This document shows, one piece after another, positions 1 to 8,569 of a DNA stretch of 64,000 bases (its first letter is position 1; the number at the start of each line of letters is the position of its first letter). The notes under the pieces are model-generated. The model was not told the origin of the DNA. It ran no database searches and saw nothing but the letters and a program-made list of their open reading frames with translations. The DNA is taken from assembly GCA_018238375.1 (NCBI GenBank), contig JABCTJ010000008.1:5-64004 (forward strand), given 5' to 3'. The position numbers and the translations under genes are program-made. Origin of the DNA: Candidatus Thorarchaeota archaeon (lineage in GTDB: Archaea > Asgardarchaeota > Thorarchaeia > Thorarchaeales > Thorarchaeaceae).

Positions 1-1005
1 GTTGGGATTCCTTACGACACCCTTGTCCGTGATGATGGCTGTGATGAGCTCAGGTGGTGTCGTGTCAAACGCAGGGTTGTATACCTTGGCAGATGGGACC
101 GTGATATACTCGCCGTTTATCATTCGAACTTCATTTCCATTACGTTCCTCGATTTGAATATCATCCGGACTAGTTTGCATGTCAATTGTGGACATCGGAG
201 CTGCAACGTAGAACGGTATGTTGTGATACTTCGCGGTGATTGCCATTGTGTACGTTCCGATTTTATTGGTCACATGACCCGTTCTTAGTATCCTATCAGC
301 ACCAACCACACAGCAATCAATTCGTCCTTCACGAAACACTGTACCGATCATGCCATCTGTTATGAGCGTTGTATCTATTCCGTCCTCCATTAGTTCGAAC
401 ATAGTCAATCTGGCACCCTGTTGTCTGGGTCTAGTTTCAGCTGCATAGACTTTGATGTTTCCATCATACTTCTCGTGAGCCACGCGAATTACGGCGCCTA
501 CTGTACCAAGATGTACCGTTGCAAGAGACCCTGCATTGCATATTGTCTGAATTGTGAAGCCAGGCTTAATCAGAGACAACGCATGTTCACCTATGCTTCT
601 GCACATACGAACGTCTTCCTCAGCGATTTCTTTGGCTTCATCAACCAGAATATTGACTATGTCGTCCGCACTGCCTTCGCTGTTTCGTGCTACACTGAGC
701 ATACGTGATGTAGCCCAAGTGAGGTTAACAGCGGTTGGTCGTGTGTTCAATGTTACAGCAGCCGTTTCCAGAAAATTGAGCAGCTCGTCCTTTGTTTTCG
801 AGTTGCTCTCGATTGCAGCCAGTGCCATTCCCATTCCTGCAGCGGCCCCAATGGCAGGAGCACCGCGAATCTCCATTATTTTGATAGCATGAGCAATCCG
901 CTCATGATTCTCGGTGATGATATGCCCAGTCACTAAAGGCAGCTTTGTCTGGTCGACAAGTCTGACTGCCTGCTCTTCGTCAAGCCACTCGATAGTTCTA
1001 AACAT
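1..1005 (-). CDS. MtnA / aIF-2B-related (e2b2) family isomerase, 3' end outside window
   Basis: My reverse-strand translation from ATG (1005..1003) reads MFRTIEWLDEEQAVRLVDQTKLPLV...IKIMEIRGAPAIGAAAGMGMALAA...LNTRPTAVNLTWA. This is the N-terminal signature of the methylthioribose-1-P / ribose-1,5-bisphosphate isomerase family. The frame stays open to position 1, so the gene is absent from the ORF track. Confidence 0.8.
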   Translation of the reverse strand, partial: MFRTIEWLDEEQAVRLVDQTKLPLVTGHIITENHERIAHAIKIMEIRGAPAIGAAAGMGMALAAIESNSKTKDELLNFLETAAVTLNTRPTAVNLTWATSRMLSVARNSEGSADDIVNILVDEAKEIAEEDVRMCRSIGEHALSLIKPGFTIQTICNAGSLATVHLGTVGAVIRVAHEKYDGNIKVYAAETRPRQQGARLTMFELMEDGIDTTLITDGMIGTVFREGRIDCCVVGADRILRTGHVTNKIGTYTMAITAKYHNIPFYVAAPMSTIDMQTSPDDIQIEERNGNEVRMINGEYITVPSAKVYNPAFDTTPPELITAIITDKGVVRNPN

Positions 1006-1501
1006 CTTTCAGCCCTCGCACATGGTCGGAGAGTAGAATGTTTAGCGTGCTAATAATCTTCTGTGCGACCTTGCTTATCTCAGGAGTCAGTCCTTCCCCG
1101 AATTGGATGTCTTGGGGTTGAATCCCTAGAAGAATCGTCTGAGCACCAGTTTCCTGCTCCAGATACATCATTAGAAAGGACAAAGGCATGCTGTGTGTGC
1201 TTATCGCAATCCCACCTATCCTGTCTTTTGTGACTAGCTCGATGTGACCCGGTGGTTGCTTCATATGTGCAGCATCTATCATTATGATTCTTTCAGCCTT
1301 AAACTTTGCAAGCGGTCGTGCGAAGGCCTCAGGAACCGATCCAACATTCTCAATCAACAGGCTTGGACTCTCAACGTTCAGCCCTTCAATGATGAATGGA
1401 CCGATACCGTCGTCCGTCCGCAGCTCATTTCCAATTCCCAAGACAGCGATACGTCTTGTGCCAGATATGAACTTCTTCAAGCTGGCTCCGATGTCTGTCA
1501 C
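998..1501 (-). CDS. hycI: Ni-Fe hydrogenase maturation endopeptidase (HycI/HybD family)
   Basis: 167 aa. It has IAVLGIGNELRTDDGIGP (GNxxxxDDGxG motif) and a downstream STHSMPL His. Its stop overlaps the start of the downstream gene by 8 nt (ATGTTTAG). Confidence 0.75.
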   Translation of the reverse strand: MTDIGASLKKFISGTRRIAVLGIGNELRTDDGIGPFIIEGLNVESPSLLIENVGSVPEAFARPLAKFKAERIIMIDAAHMKQPPGHIELVTKDRIGGIAISTHSMPLSFLMMYLEQETGAQTILLGIQPQDIQFGEGLTPEISKVAQKIISTLNILLSDHVRGLKDV

Positions 1502-1603
1502 GAACCTGCAGTTTCTTGAGTCTGCTATTAGTTGTTGTCATCTAGTGCGTCGAAGGGTTTTTCACAGGAACGTCAGGGCTTAGGTAAAACAGGCGATTAA
1601 GAC

Positions 1604-2218
1604 TTGTCAGACGATGACGGAGAAGGCCCAAATCTAGAGCCGATTGATCCATTCAACGACAATGAGGTTGCGGAAGAACCTCCAGAACCGGAAGTTGAAC
1701 CAGCTGAAGCTATTTTCGATGGACTGAAAGGCTATGTTGCGAAGGAAGATGCGGACCGGATATCGCGTCAGGGGTTCTATGGTGTTAGACTTGACGATGG
1801 CAGGCTTGAGCTTGAGCCGATTGAGCTCATACACCTGATTGATTGGAAGAGGGTTGTTGCCAAGAATGCCGCCAGAGAGAGAATTCAAGCCAGTTACATT
1901 GTCAGTGAACTGATAGAAGAAAATCCTGAATTGTGGGTCAATTACTTGGTCTTTCGAGACCTAAGAAGCAGGGGATTTGCAGTCCGTCAAGGATTTGGAG
2001 GAGGATTAGGCTTTCGAGTCTATGCACGCGGAGACAAGCCCGGCACCACACCGGCAAAGCAGTTGATTTACGTGCTCAAGGAAGGAATTTCCATAACTCT
2101 CGATGAATTGGATAGAGTGACAGAAGCTGCCTCTGCTGCAAGGAAAAAGCTTGTGTTCGCCCTTGTGGACCAGAATGGGGAAGTAAATTATTACAGGGTT
2201 TCACAGACAATTCTATAG
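1604..2218 (+). CDS. endA: tRNA-splicing endonuclease homolog (EndA family); catalytic His apparently absent
   Basis: 204 aa with a TTG start. YLVFRDLRSRGFAVRQGFGGGLGFRVYARG and ARKKLVFALVDQNGEVNYYRV match the EndA C-terminal domain. The N-terminal tail is acidic. Confidence 0.65.
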   Translation: MSDDDGEGPNLEPIDPFNDNEVAEEPPEPEVEPAEAIFDGLKGYVAKEDADRISRQGFYGVRLDDGRLELEPIELIHLIDWKRVVAKNAARERIQASYIVSELIEENPELWVNYLVFRDLRSRGFAVRQGFGGGLGFRVYARGDKPGTTPAKQLIYVLKEGISITLDELDRVTEAASAARKKLVFALVDQNGEVNYYRVSQTIL

Positions 2219-2238
2219 AATCGTGATGGTGAAAGCAA

Positions 2239-3519
2239 ATGACAGACACCTCTAATGAAGCTGAATACAAAACTGAGGATATTGTGAATCTTGAAGCTTT
2301 CTTTGATGCCCACACAATGTCGGTTCATCTCGTTGAAAACAATCCACCCAGAGCTAAACGTGGTGAACCAGGTAATTGGGATCTTGTTGAGCTGTCCGAT
2401 CGGCTTCTTACATGTGAGGAACTGGAAATTCTGGCAGAGGCGATAATGGAAAGCGCAAGATACGATAAAGCCTCATTCATAGAGATAGAGGAGCATGGGG
2501 CTGCTGTGGTTCAGCTTAGAAATCTAAGAATCGCGATTGCCATGCCCCCATTCTCCGACAAGATGGAAATCTCTGCAATTCGTCCCATTACTAAACTGAA
2601 TATTGAGGACTACAAGCTTAGCCCGAAACTAATGAAGCGACTCGAAACTCGAGCTGAGGGTATCTTGGTTTCCGGATCACCAGGCTCAGGAAAAAGCACT
2701 TTCGCTGCAGCTCTTGCGGAGTTCTATAGTAGGAAAGGTAACGTTGTTAAAACACTTGAACAGCCCCGAGACCTTCAGGTTTCAGAGGACATTGTGCAGT
2801 ATTCCCCCCTGGATGGCAGTATGGAAAAGGCTGCAGACATCTTATTGCTTGTGCGCCCAGACTACGTAATTTACGATGAACTCAGAAAAACAGCTGACTT
2901 TCGGGCCTATTCAGACCTCAGGTCAGCGGGCGTAGGCATGGTGGGAGTAGTACATGCTGGTTCGGCCATTGACGCAGTTCAGCGTCTTATCTTGGGTGGG
3001 CGAGTCGAACTTGGCCAGCTGCCCAGCACAGTTGATACTGTCCTTCATATTGAAGCAGGTCGCGTTGCCAAAGTTTCCTCGCTCGCTCTCAAAGTGAAAC
3101 TCCCTACAGGCATGGGCGGCAGTCAGAGAGATTTGGCAAGACCGGTTATAGAAATCAGGGATTTTGAGGTGGGGGTTCTTGAGCATGAAATCTTCTCGTT
3201 TGGAGGTGAGAAGATTATAGTACCTGTGAGGGGTGGAATGCGGCCTGAGGGCAGGCAACGCGGTAGGGGTCCTAGGCGAGGCGCCCCAGGGCAGTCAGTG
3301 CCTGTCAGTGTGAGTTATTCCAAGAAGAAAGTCACAATTACTGCGGGTCGGAAGTTCGCAAAAATGAGGATAGAGGTCTTTGCTGATGATCACTACCTTC
3401 TAACAACGGTCATTGGTCGTAATGGTGAGAGTTCTATCCGAATCAAGACTAGGCAGGGTGGTACGCTGGTTGATGCACTCGAAGGGAATTTGGTAATTAC
3501 TGCGAAAATTGCGGAATAG
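2239..3519 (+). CDS. PilT-family ATPase of the archaeal COG1855 type
   Basis: 426 aa. It has Walker A GILVSGSPGSGKSTFAAALAEFY, TLEQPRDLQV, LLLVRPDYVIYDELR and GVGMVGVVHAGSAIDAVQR, matching the conserved archaeal PilT-like ATPase core as I recall it. Confidence 0.65.
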   Translation: MTDTSNEAEYKTEDIVNLEAFFDAHTMSVHLVENNPPRAKRGEPGNWDLVELSDRLLTCEELEILAEAIMESARYDKASFIEIEEHGAAVVQLRNLRIAIAMPPFSDKMEISAIRPITKLNIEDYKLSPKLMKRLETRAEGILVSGSPGSGKSTFAAALAEFYSRKGNVVKTLEQPRDLQVSEDIVQYSPLDGSMEKAADILLLVRPDYVIYDELRKTADFRAYSDLRSAGVGMVGVVHAGSAIDAVQRLILGGRVELGQLPSTVDTVLHIEAGRVAKVSSLALKVKLPTGMGGSQRDLARPVIEIRDFEVGVLEHEIFSFGGEKIIVPVRGGMRPEGRQRGRGPRRGAPGQSVPVSVSYSKKKVTITAGRKFAKMRIEVFADDHYLLTTVIGRNGESSIRIKTRQGGTLVDALEGNLVITAKIAE

Positions 3520-3581
3520 TATCCTGCTGATAGAATTCTACAAAAGCTTTAACAACGGACTGGCCGCACGGTTTCGTTCAT

Positions 3582-3659
3582 GGGCCCGTGGCTTAGCATG
3601 GATAGGGCACTTGCCTCCTAAGCAAGGTTTCCCCGGTTCGAATCCGGGCGGGCCCGCCA
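3582..3659 (+). tRNA. tRNA-Arg (anticodon CCT), CCA encoded
   Basis: Hand-folded cloverleaf: GGGCCCG/CGGGCCC acceptor, anticodon arm CTTGC-CTCCTAA-GCAAG, T arm CCCGG-TTCGAAT-CCGGG, discriminator G, then CCA. Confidence 0.9.
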
Positions 3660-4343
3660 TCATTTCTTCAGCACACGCGCGCCGGTTTTTGTGCCAACAT
3701 GCACCTCGTCAGCCATGTCAATGAAGAGTCCGGTTTCTACCACGCCGGAAATCATCTTTAGATCTATTGCAACTTGTCTTGGCTCACTGATTGGCTTGGA
3801 AAACTTGAGGTCAAGAATGAAATTCCCATTATCAGTTACTATGGGACCCATCTTCTTCTGAGCCTGTCGTAAGTTCGGAGTAATCCCCATCTCCACAATT
3901 TTCCTCCGAACGACGCCCAGCGAGAATGGGAGCACTTCCACTGGAATCTCGAACTTAGTAGCAAGACGTTCTACCAATTTTGATTCATCCACTATGATGA
4001 TTAGCTTCTTGGATGCTGATGCAACTATCTTCTCCTGAAATAGAGCGCCACCTCCGCCCTTCGTCAGGTTAAGGTCCTTGTCAACTTCATCAGCACCATC
4101 AATAGTCAGAAGCAATTCAGGATTCAAGTCCAGATTCGTGAGGGGTATTCCATGTTCAATAGTCAGTTCATAGGCTTGATAGGAAGTTGGAACGACACTT
4201 ATGTCGATGCTTCCATTCAGAGCCTGTTTACCAAGTTCCTCTGCAAAGATTGCTACAGTGGAACCACTGCCCAAACCTATCGCTCCACTTTTAGGAATCA
4301 GGGGAATGACGCTCTTTACTGCATTTAGCTTAGCACCTGACAT
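3660..4343 (-). CDS. rpiA: Ribose-5-phosphate isomerase A
   Basis: 227 aa. GLGSGSTV, DGADEVD and LTKGGGGALFQEKIVA motifs. Confidence 0.9.
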   Translation of the reverse strand: MSGAKLNAVKSVIPLIPKSGAIGLGSGSTVAIFAEELGKQALNGSIDISVVPTSYQAYELTIEHGIPLTNLDLNPELLLTIDGADEVDKDLNLTKGGGGALFQEKIVASASKKLIIIVDESKLVERLATKFEIPVEVLPFSLGVVRRKIVEMGITPNLRQAQKKMGPIVTDNGNFILDLKFSKPISEPRQVAIDLKMISGVVETGLFIDMADEVHVGTKTGARVLKK

Positions 4344-4470
4344 GTCGTCAGCATCCTTAACTCAGTGATACGGAGCTTCATGAGTGGGCTACTCAAAAAG
4401 GCTTCTGACAATCGAATCCAATCTAGGATTCAGTGAATCCTAAGGATGGATGCAAGGACTGGTGAATCTA

Positions 4471-5487
4471 TTAATCCCCACTCATCAGGGTTCGTAAGCG
4501 TTCCATTTCTGCGAGCATCTCAGACTGGAGAGAGCTCTTACCAGGTGCACCAGAAGGTTTCTCGCTTGAAGTGCCACCTGGAGGACCACTCGGGATTCCG
4601 CCACCTGGAGGACCGCTTGGAACACCGCTACTAGGTGCGCCTCCACCTGGAGGTCCGCCACCACTAGGTGCACCACCGCCTGGAGGTCCACCACTTGGAG
4701 CATCTACACTTGGAGATTCGCCACTAGGTACACCACCACCTGGAGGTCCACCACTAGGTGCGCCTCCACCCGGAGGTCCGCCACCACTAGGTGCACCGCC
4801 GCTAGGGGGTCCGCCACCAGGTGCGCCTCCACTTGGAGGGCCAGCTGAAGGAGCTGCTGCATCACTTGGTGTAACCGCAGCTGCGCTTGGTGCCCCAACG
4901 CTGGGCGGCCCTGACTCAGTAGTGTCTACTTCTACAGTGGTACCAGACATCGCTGCAAGTTTCCGAAGGTAATCAGATCGTGCTCGATCCATCGCGGAGT
5001 CTGCATCCACGACAGCCTTCAGCTCCTCGTCTTTGGCAATTGCAGCCTGTACAGCAGTAAGCCTGCCTTGATAGAGTGAAATAAGCTTGTCTTGAAGCGA
5101 GCTATCTATCTCGCCTTCTTGAGCGTAATAATCTACAGCAGACAGCGCCTGCTGTACAGCGTTCTCTTCCACCTTAAGGAAGACTAATGCCTCCCCAGGG
5201 GTCTTGATGAAACGCACCTTTTTCGTGCCTGCAATGCCCGAGCTAACATCTCCGGTTGATGCAATGATTCTCTGTACGCCATCAGGCAAGCCGCCGGCTG
5301 AGCCCTTGAAACGATAGGTGTACAAAAGAAACGCAATGACTACGACCATAGGCACAGTAACAACAATAACGAACCAAGCAATCGGCCCAAATGGTAAGGT
5401 TGGTTGGAACACGTTGGAGAGACCTCTGAATAGGTCCACGATAGCTTGAGTAAATTGGGGGTACCAATCCGATTGCAAATGTATCAC
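4471..5487 (-). CDS. Membrane-anchored protein with a coiled-coil region and a long Pro/Gly/Ser-rich repeat tract
   Basis: 338 aa. An N-terminal hydrophobic helix (PFGPIAWFVIVVTVPMVVVIAFLLYTY) is followed by a helical region and about 130 aa of PSGG(G)PPGGGA-type repeats. The C-terminal helix reads SLQSEMLAEMERLRTLMSGD. Confidence 0.6.
   Translation of the reverse strand: MIHLQSDWYPQFTQAIVDLFRGLSNVFQPTLPFGPIAWFVIVVTVPMVVVIAFLLYTYRFKGSAGGLPDGVQRIIASTGDVSSGIAGTKKVRFIKTPGEALVFLKVEENAVQQALSAVDYYAQEGEIDSSLQDKLISLYQGRLTAVQAAIAKDEELKAVVDADSAMDRARSDYLRKLAAMSGTTVEVDTTESGPPSVGAPSAAAVTPSDAAAPSAGPPSGGAPGGGPPSGGAPSGGGPPGGGAPSGGPPGGGVPSGESPSVDAPSGGPPGGGAPSGGGPPGGGAPSSGVPSGPPGGGIPSGPPGGTSSEKPSGAPGKSSLQSEMLAEMERLRTLMSGD
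4560..4870. repeat. Imperfect in-frame tandem repeats (about 30-33 bp period) encoding the PGG/PSG tract
   Basis: ccacctggaggtccgccaccactaggtgc-like units recur head to tail across this interval. Confidence 0.8.
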
Positions 5488-5741
5488 CTAGTTATACGTC
5501 GTCCTTTGAGGAAATCCTGTATGCTATTTGAGCTTTCCCGTAGCATTTAGCCTTTGTATGACACACATGTGATATAGGACTTTGTGCTAAGGTCGGATTT
5601 CTGAAGGTTAGATGCGCTCAATGGCACATAAACATGTGCGTGACGGATTGCGTTATCCGAGTATGCCTGTGGACGTATCAGTGATTCTTCATTCTGGTCG
5701 AGATTCGCTTAATAGGTAGCGTAAGAATATCACAAAGGAGT

Positions 5742-6293
5742 GTGCAGATGATGAGCTTGCTGGACCCTAAGATTACTCACTATGTAATAAATGAAAAAAA
5801 ATGGCGGTTGGGTGGTGGTGACATTCTTGATACAGATGGCCAAAAAATTGGTAGCATGAAGCGGAAAATTATCTCATTGCGTGCCGAGATCGAGTTGCGA
5901 AATGCTGATGAAACGCCAGTCTGCATTATTAACAAGAAGCTTGCTGCAGTGCGGCCAATCTATGATGTGAAGACCCCAGATGGACAACTCATTGGTCGTG
6001 CTAAGAAACCCATGATTGCCTTCAGAGGCTCAGTGGATTATTACGATTCCCAAGATATTCTCATATTCAAGGCCCAAGGTGGAATTACGAAGTGGAATTT
6101 TGAGATACGTCATCCAAAAGACAAGAAGAAAGTGTATGCTACCATCAAGAAGTCAGACAAATGGCGAGATGTGTTAGCACCTATGTTCAACTTCAAGGAC
6201 AGGTATGTAATTCACGTAGTGGATCCCGAGGTGGACCGATTGATGCTACTTGCCTACGCGATTATCATTGATAATGTGTATCATGATAAGTAG
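5742..6293 (+). CDS. LURP-one-related / tubby-C-like (DUF567-like) protein
   Basis: 183 aa. The overall pattern (repeated beta-strand segments, ...KKWRLGGGDILDTDGQKIG..., C-terminal hydrophobic helix LMLLAYAIIIDNVY) resembles the LOR/scramblase-like family. The assignment is by eye only. Confidence 0.45.
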   Translation: MQMMSLLDPKITHYVINEKKWRLGGGDILDTDGQKIGSMKRKIISLRAEIELRNADETPVCIINKKLAAVRPIYDVKTPDGQLIGRAKKPMIAFRGSVDYYDSQDILIFKAQGGITKWNFEIRHPKDKKKVYATIKKSDKWRDVLAPMFNFKDRYVIHVVDPEVDRLMLLAYAIIIDNVYHDK

Positions 6294-6319
6294 TAGTACT
6301 CACTCCTAAGAGGAAGTTA

Positions 6320-6425
6320 TGGAGCCTCGGGCGGGATTTTCAAAAGCCGCGGAAGTCGCAACTCTTTTTGAACCCGCGATCTCTTCCTTACAAGGGAAAC
6401 GCCGTAGCCGCTTGGCCACCGAGGC
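6320..6425 (-). tRNA. tRNA-Thr (anticodon TGT) with an approximately 30-nt intron inside the T-loop; CCA encoded
   Basis: The minus strand reads GCCTCGG-TG-GCC..GGC-G-TTTCC-CTTGTAA-GGAAG-AGATC-GCGGG-TTCAAA[AAGAGTTGCGACTTCCGCGGCTTTTGAAAA]T-CCCGC-CCGAGGC-T-CCA. Removing about 30 nt restores a standard 73-nt cloverleaf. Confidence 0.75.
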
Positions 6426-6772
6426 CCAACTAAAGCCGCTTGCCTCTGGAGTTGTTATAAAACTATTCACCTAGTTGGATAATGTACTCGAAATTCACGA
6501 TATAAGGGCATAGCGAATTGTAGATGGAGAACAATGCCAATGCACGGTCTTGTGACTGAAAGAGATTAGCATTTCGCGATTGTGTTATAGTGTTCGTAAT
6601 TGGGTATGGTTAGCATCCGAGTGTATGAACGAACCTCCACGTCCCCGGCCAGAGCCCTGGTAAACCCTTGAAATCATGAGGGTACAGAAATGTGCCCTCA
6701 TCAACATTTCTTGCTCCGGCTGTACTGCTTCTTTCTACACGTACCTCCACTCTATTGGCTTAATCGAATAGC

Positions 6773-7081
6773 TTACATCATTGGCACAGGACCGAATGTC
6801 AATATTTTGAAAGCAATATAGTAGATAATTAGGGAAACGATAAGACCAATAATAGCAACTGCTCGAAATGAGCGTTTCAGGGTTTTGTGCCGAAACTTGA
6901 ACATTCCAAAGAATAGGCCCAAGGCCCCACCAATGAATGCTAGCAGAAGAAGTGTAGCCTCTGAAACACGCCAGTCTTTCTTCCTAGCCTTTCTCTTGTC
7001 CCACCACATAAGGGTGAGAGTGAAGATGTTCACAGCGATTAGGTAAATCAGAAGTATATGTGAAAATTCCAGCAGCTGCAT
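6773..7081 (-). CDS. DUF1294-family small membrane protein
   Basis: 102 aa. It has WWDKRKARKKDWRVSEATLLLLAFIGGALG..FKFRHKT, characteristic of DUF1294. Confidence 0.7.
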   Translation of the reverse strand: MQLLEFSHILLIYLIAVNIFTLTLMWWDKRKARKKDWRVSEATLLLLAFIGGALGLFFGMFKFRHKTLKRSFRAVAIIGLIVSLIIYYIAFKILTFGPVPMM

Positions 7082-7083
7082 AA

Positions 7084-8292
7084 CTATCCCATCCTCTTTG
7101 CGGCGGATTCAAGTGCAACCACGAGATCTAACTTTTTCCCAGTCAGGAAATTGATTGTTGCGCCACCGCCCGTACTGATGTGTGAAATCCTGTCTGCAAA
7201 GCCCTCATTTATTGCCATCGCTCCCAGATGCCCACCCGAGACAACTGTAACACCTTCACACTCAGCAATTGCAATCAGAACATTTCTTGTGCCTGAAGCA
7301 AAAATATCCTTTTCGAAGTATCCGAGTGGCCCATTTGCTACCACTGCTGCAGCTCCACGTATTATCTGCACGTACTTTGTGACTGTGAGTGAACCTATAT
7401 CGAGAAATGGATCACCATCCATCTCATTGAACGCGCACTCGACTCGCTTGCCATCCCGCTCGACTGCTGCATCCTCTGGGAGAATCAGTATGTCAGGGTA
7501 CTTCTCTAGGAGTTGTTTTGCTGTTTCCACTGCTGATTCGAAACCCTTGATGGGAGCAGAATATTCAATGGGGACCAAGCTCTTTGCAATCAAGAACAGC
7601 TGGCCAAGAAGGCCTCCTAGTAATGCATTGTCAACTCGTCCAGTGGCCAATAGCTTGCCTAGAGTCTTCACCTTGTCAGCGACCTTAGCCCCGCCGAATA
7701 CAAGAATCCAAGGATGCTTCTCTGTAGCTGTGGCTTCGGTTAGTATACGAATTTCCTTCTCGACAAGTCGACCTGCAACTGAAGGCAGTACTGTTGTGAA
7801 ACCAACAAGCGACGCTTGAGACCTGTGTGCTGCACCAAAAGCATCGTTCACGAATAAGTCAAACAGAGGATAAAGCTCCTGAACAATTGCTTCTTTTGCA
7901 ACTTCGTGCGGTGGTGCCTTCTTCAGTTCACCCTCGAACATCCTCACGTTTTGGAGAACAAGTATCTCTCCCACCTGCACCTTCTCTATGGCCGCCTTGG
8001 CTTTCTCTCCGAATATGTCATCCACAAAAGTGGCATTGACATCTAGTCCCCGCAGAATCTCAGTATGCTGTTCAAGCGATATGAAATCGTTACTGCCCGG
8101 ACGTCCTTGGTGTGCCATCAACACAACCTTGCTTTTAGACAATTCTTTGAGTGTGGGAACAATCGCATCTATTCTAGAACCGTCGGTTATCTTCTTAGTA
8201 TCAGGGTCAACAGAGCAGTTTATGTCGACACGAACCAAAACACGTTTTCCTTCGGTTTCAACGTCATCAAGGGTCTTGAAGGGAAGTTTCAT
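7084..8292 (-). CDS. pgk: Phosphoglycerate kinase
   Basis: 402 aa. It has VLVRVDINCSVD, MAHQGRPG, GGAKVADK and VSGGHLGA/STGGGA motifs. Confidence 0.92.
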   Translation of the reverse strand: MKLPFKTLDDVETEGKRVLVRVDINCSVDPDTKKITDGSRIDAIVPTLKELSKSKVVLMAHQGRPGSNDFISLEQHTEILRGLDVNATFVDDIFGEKAKAAIEKVQVGEILVLQNVRMFEGELKKAPPHEVAKEAIVQELYPLFDLFVNDAFGAAHRSQASLVGFTTVLPSVAGRLVEKEIRILTEATATEKHPWILVFGGAKVADKVKTLGKLLATGRVDNALLGGLLGQLFLIAKSLVPIEYSAPIKGFESAVETAKQLLEKYPDILILPEDAAVERDGKRVECAFNEMDGDPFLDIGSLTVTKYVQIIRGAAAVVANGPLGYFEKDIFASGTRNVLIAIAECEGVTVVSGGHLGAMAINEGFADRISHISTGGGATINFLTGKKLDLVVALESAAKRMG

Positions 8293-8384
8293 TCCAAGTA
8301 ACCTCTCTTTCTATAGGTCGAATCTCATTCCTACCGAAAAACTATGTACACACAAAAACATACCTGCAAAGCAGCAGTGAGGAG

Positions 8385-8526
8385 TGGTGCCGCGAGAGGG
8401 ATTTGAGCCCTCGACTTCGAGATTTCTCATCTCGGGTCAGGCTTGAGATAATGACCCCATGATTTTGACCGGAAATATCCAGCAAGATTATGAGTCTCGC
8501 GCCCCACCAGGCTAGGCTATCGCGGC
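8385..8526 (-). tRNA. tRNA with anticodon CAT (elongator Met or Ile2) and an approximately 65-nt intron at the canonical 37/38 site; CCA encoded
   Basis: The minus strand reads GCCGCGA-TA-GCCT..GGGC-G-CGAGA-CTCATA[intron]A-TCTCG-AAGTC-GAGGG-CTCAAAT-CCCTC-TCGCGGC-A-CCA. A G1:C72 pair and the lack of GGG/CCC in the anticodon stem argue against an initiator. Confidence 0.8.
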
Positions 8527-8569
8527 ACGTGATTCAAGTTAGACGGGCCGATGGTGCAGACTCTTAAAT

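Noticed and set aside
3509-3724. A 71-aa ORF overlaps tRNA-Arg and the rpiA 3' end. Similar ORFs (11921..12142, 12051..12251) overlap tRNA-Leu and tRNA-Val.
   Set aside because: They are fully explained by the tRNA genes and flanks and have no coding signal.
4471-4530. The C-terminal helix SEMLAEMERLRTLMSG might be an ESCRT-type MIM motif.
   Set aside because: The spacing of Leu and Arg does not fit the MIM1 consensus as I remember it, and there is no supporting ESCRT gene nearby.
6430-6772. The 343-bp ORF-free spacer might hold a structured ncRNA (SRP RNA or RNase P), given the hairpin ATGAGGG-N12-CCCTCAT at about 6675-6700.
   Set aside because: The composition is AT-rich, I could find no conserved SRP or RNase P motifs, and the single hairpin is compatible with a terminator or with chance.
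7151-7819. Long antisense ORFs lie inside confident genes (for example 7151..7819 in pgk, 10839..11384 in gatD, 4571..4972 in the repeat protein, 40512..41171 and 42081..42686 in the giant ATPase, 27182..27637 in iorB).
   Set aside because: These are shadow ORFs opposite strongly supported genes. Their products are low-complexity and Ser/Pro/Arg-rich, with no motifs.
8385-8526. A C/D-box guide RNA might sit inside the tRNA-CAT intron (as known for some archaeal tRNA introns), and likewise in the Leu intron.
   Set aside because: Only fragments are present (CTGA, GATGAG, ATGAAGA). They are in the wrong order and spacing for C-D'-C'-D architecture.
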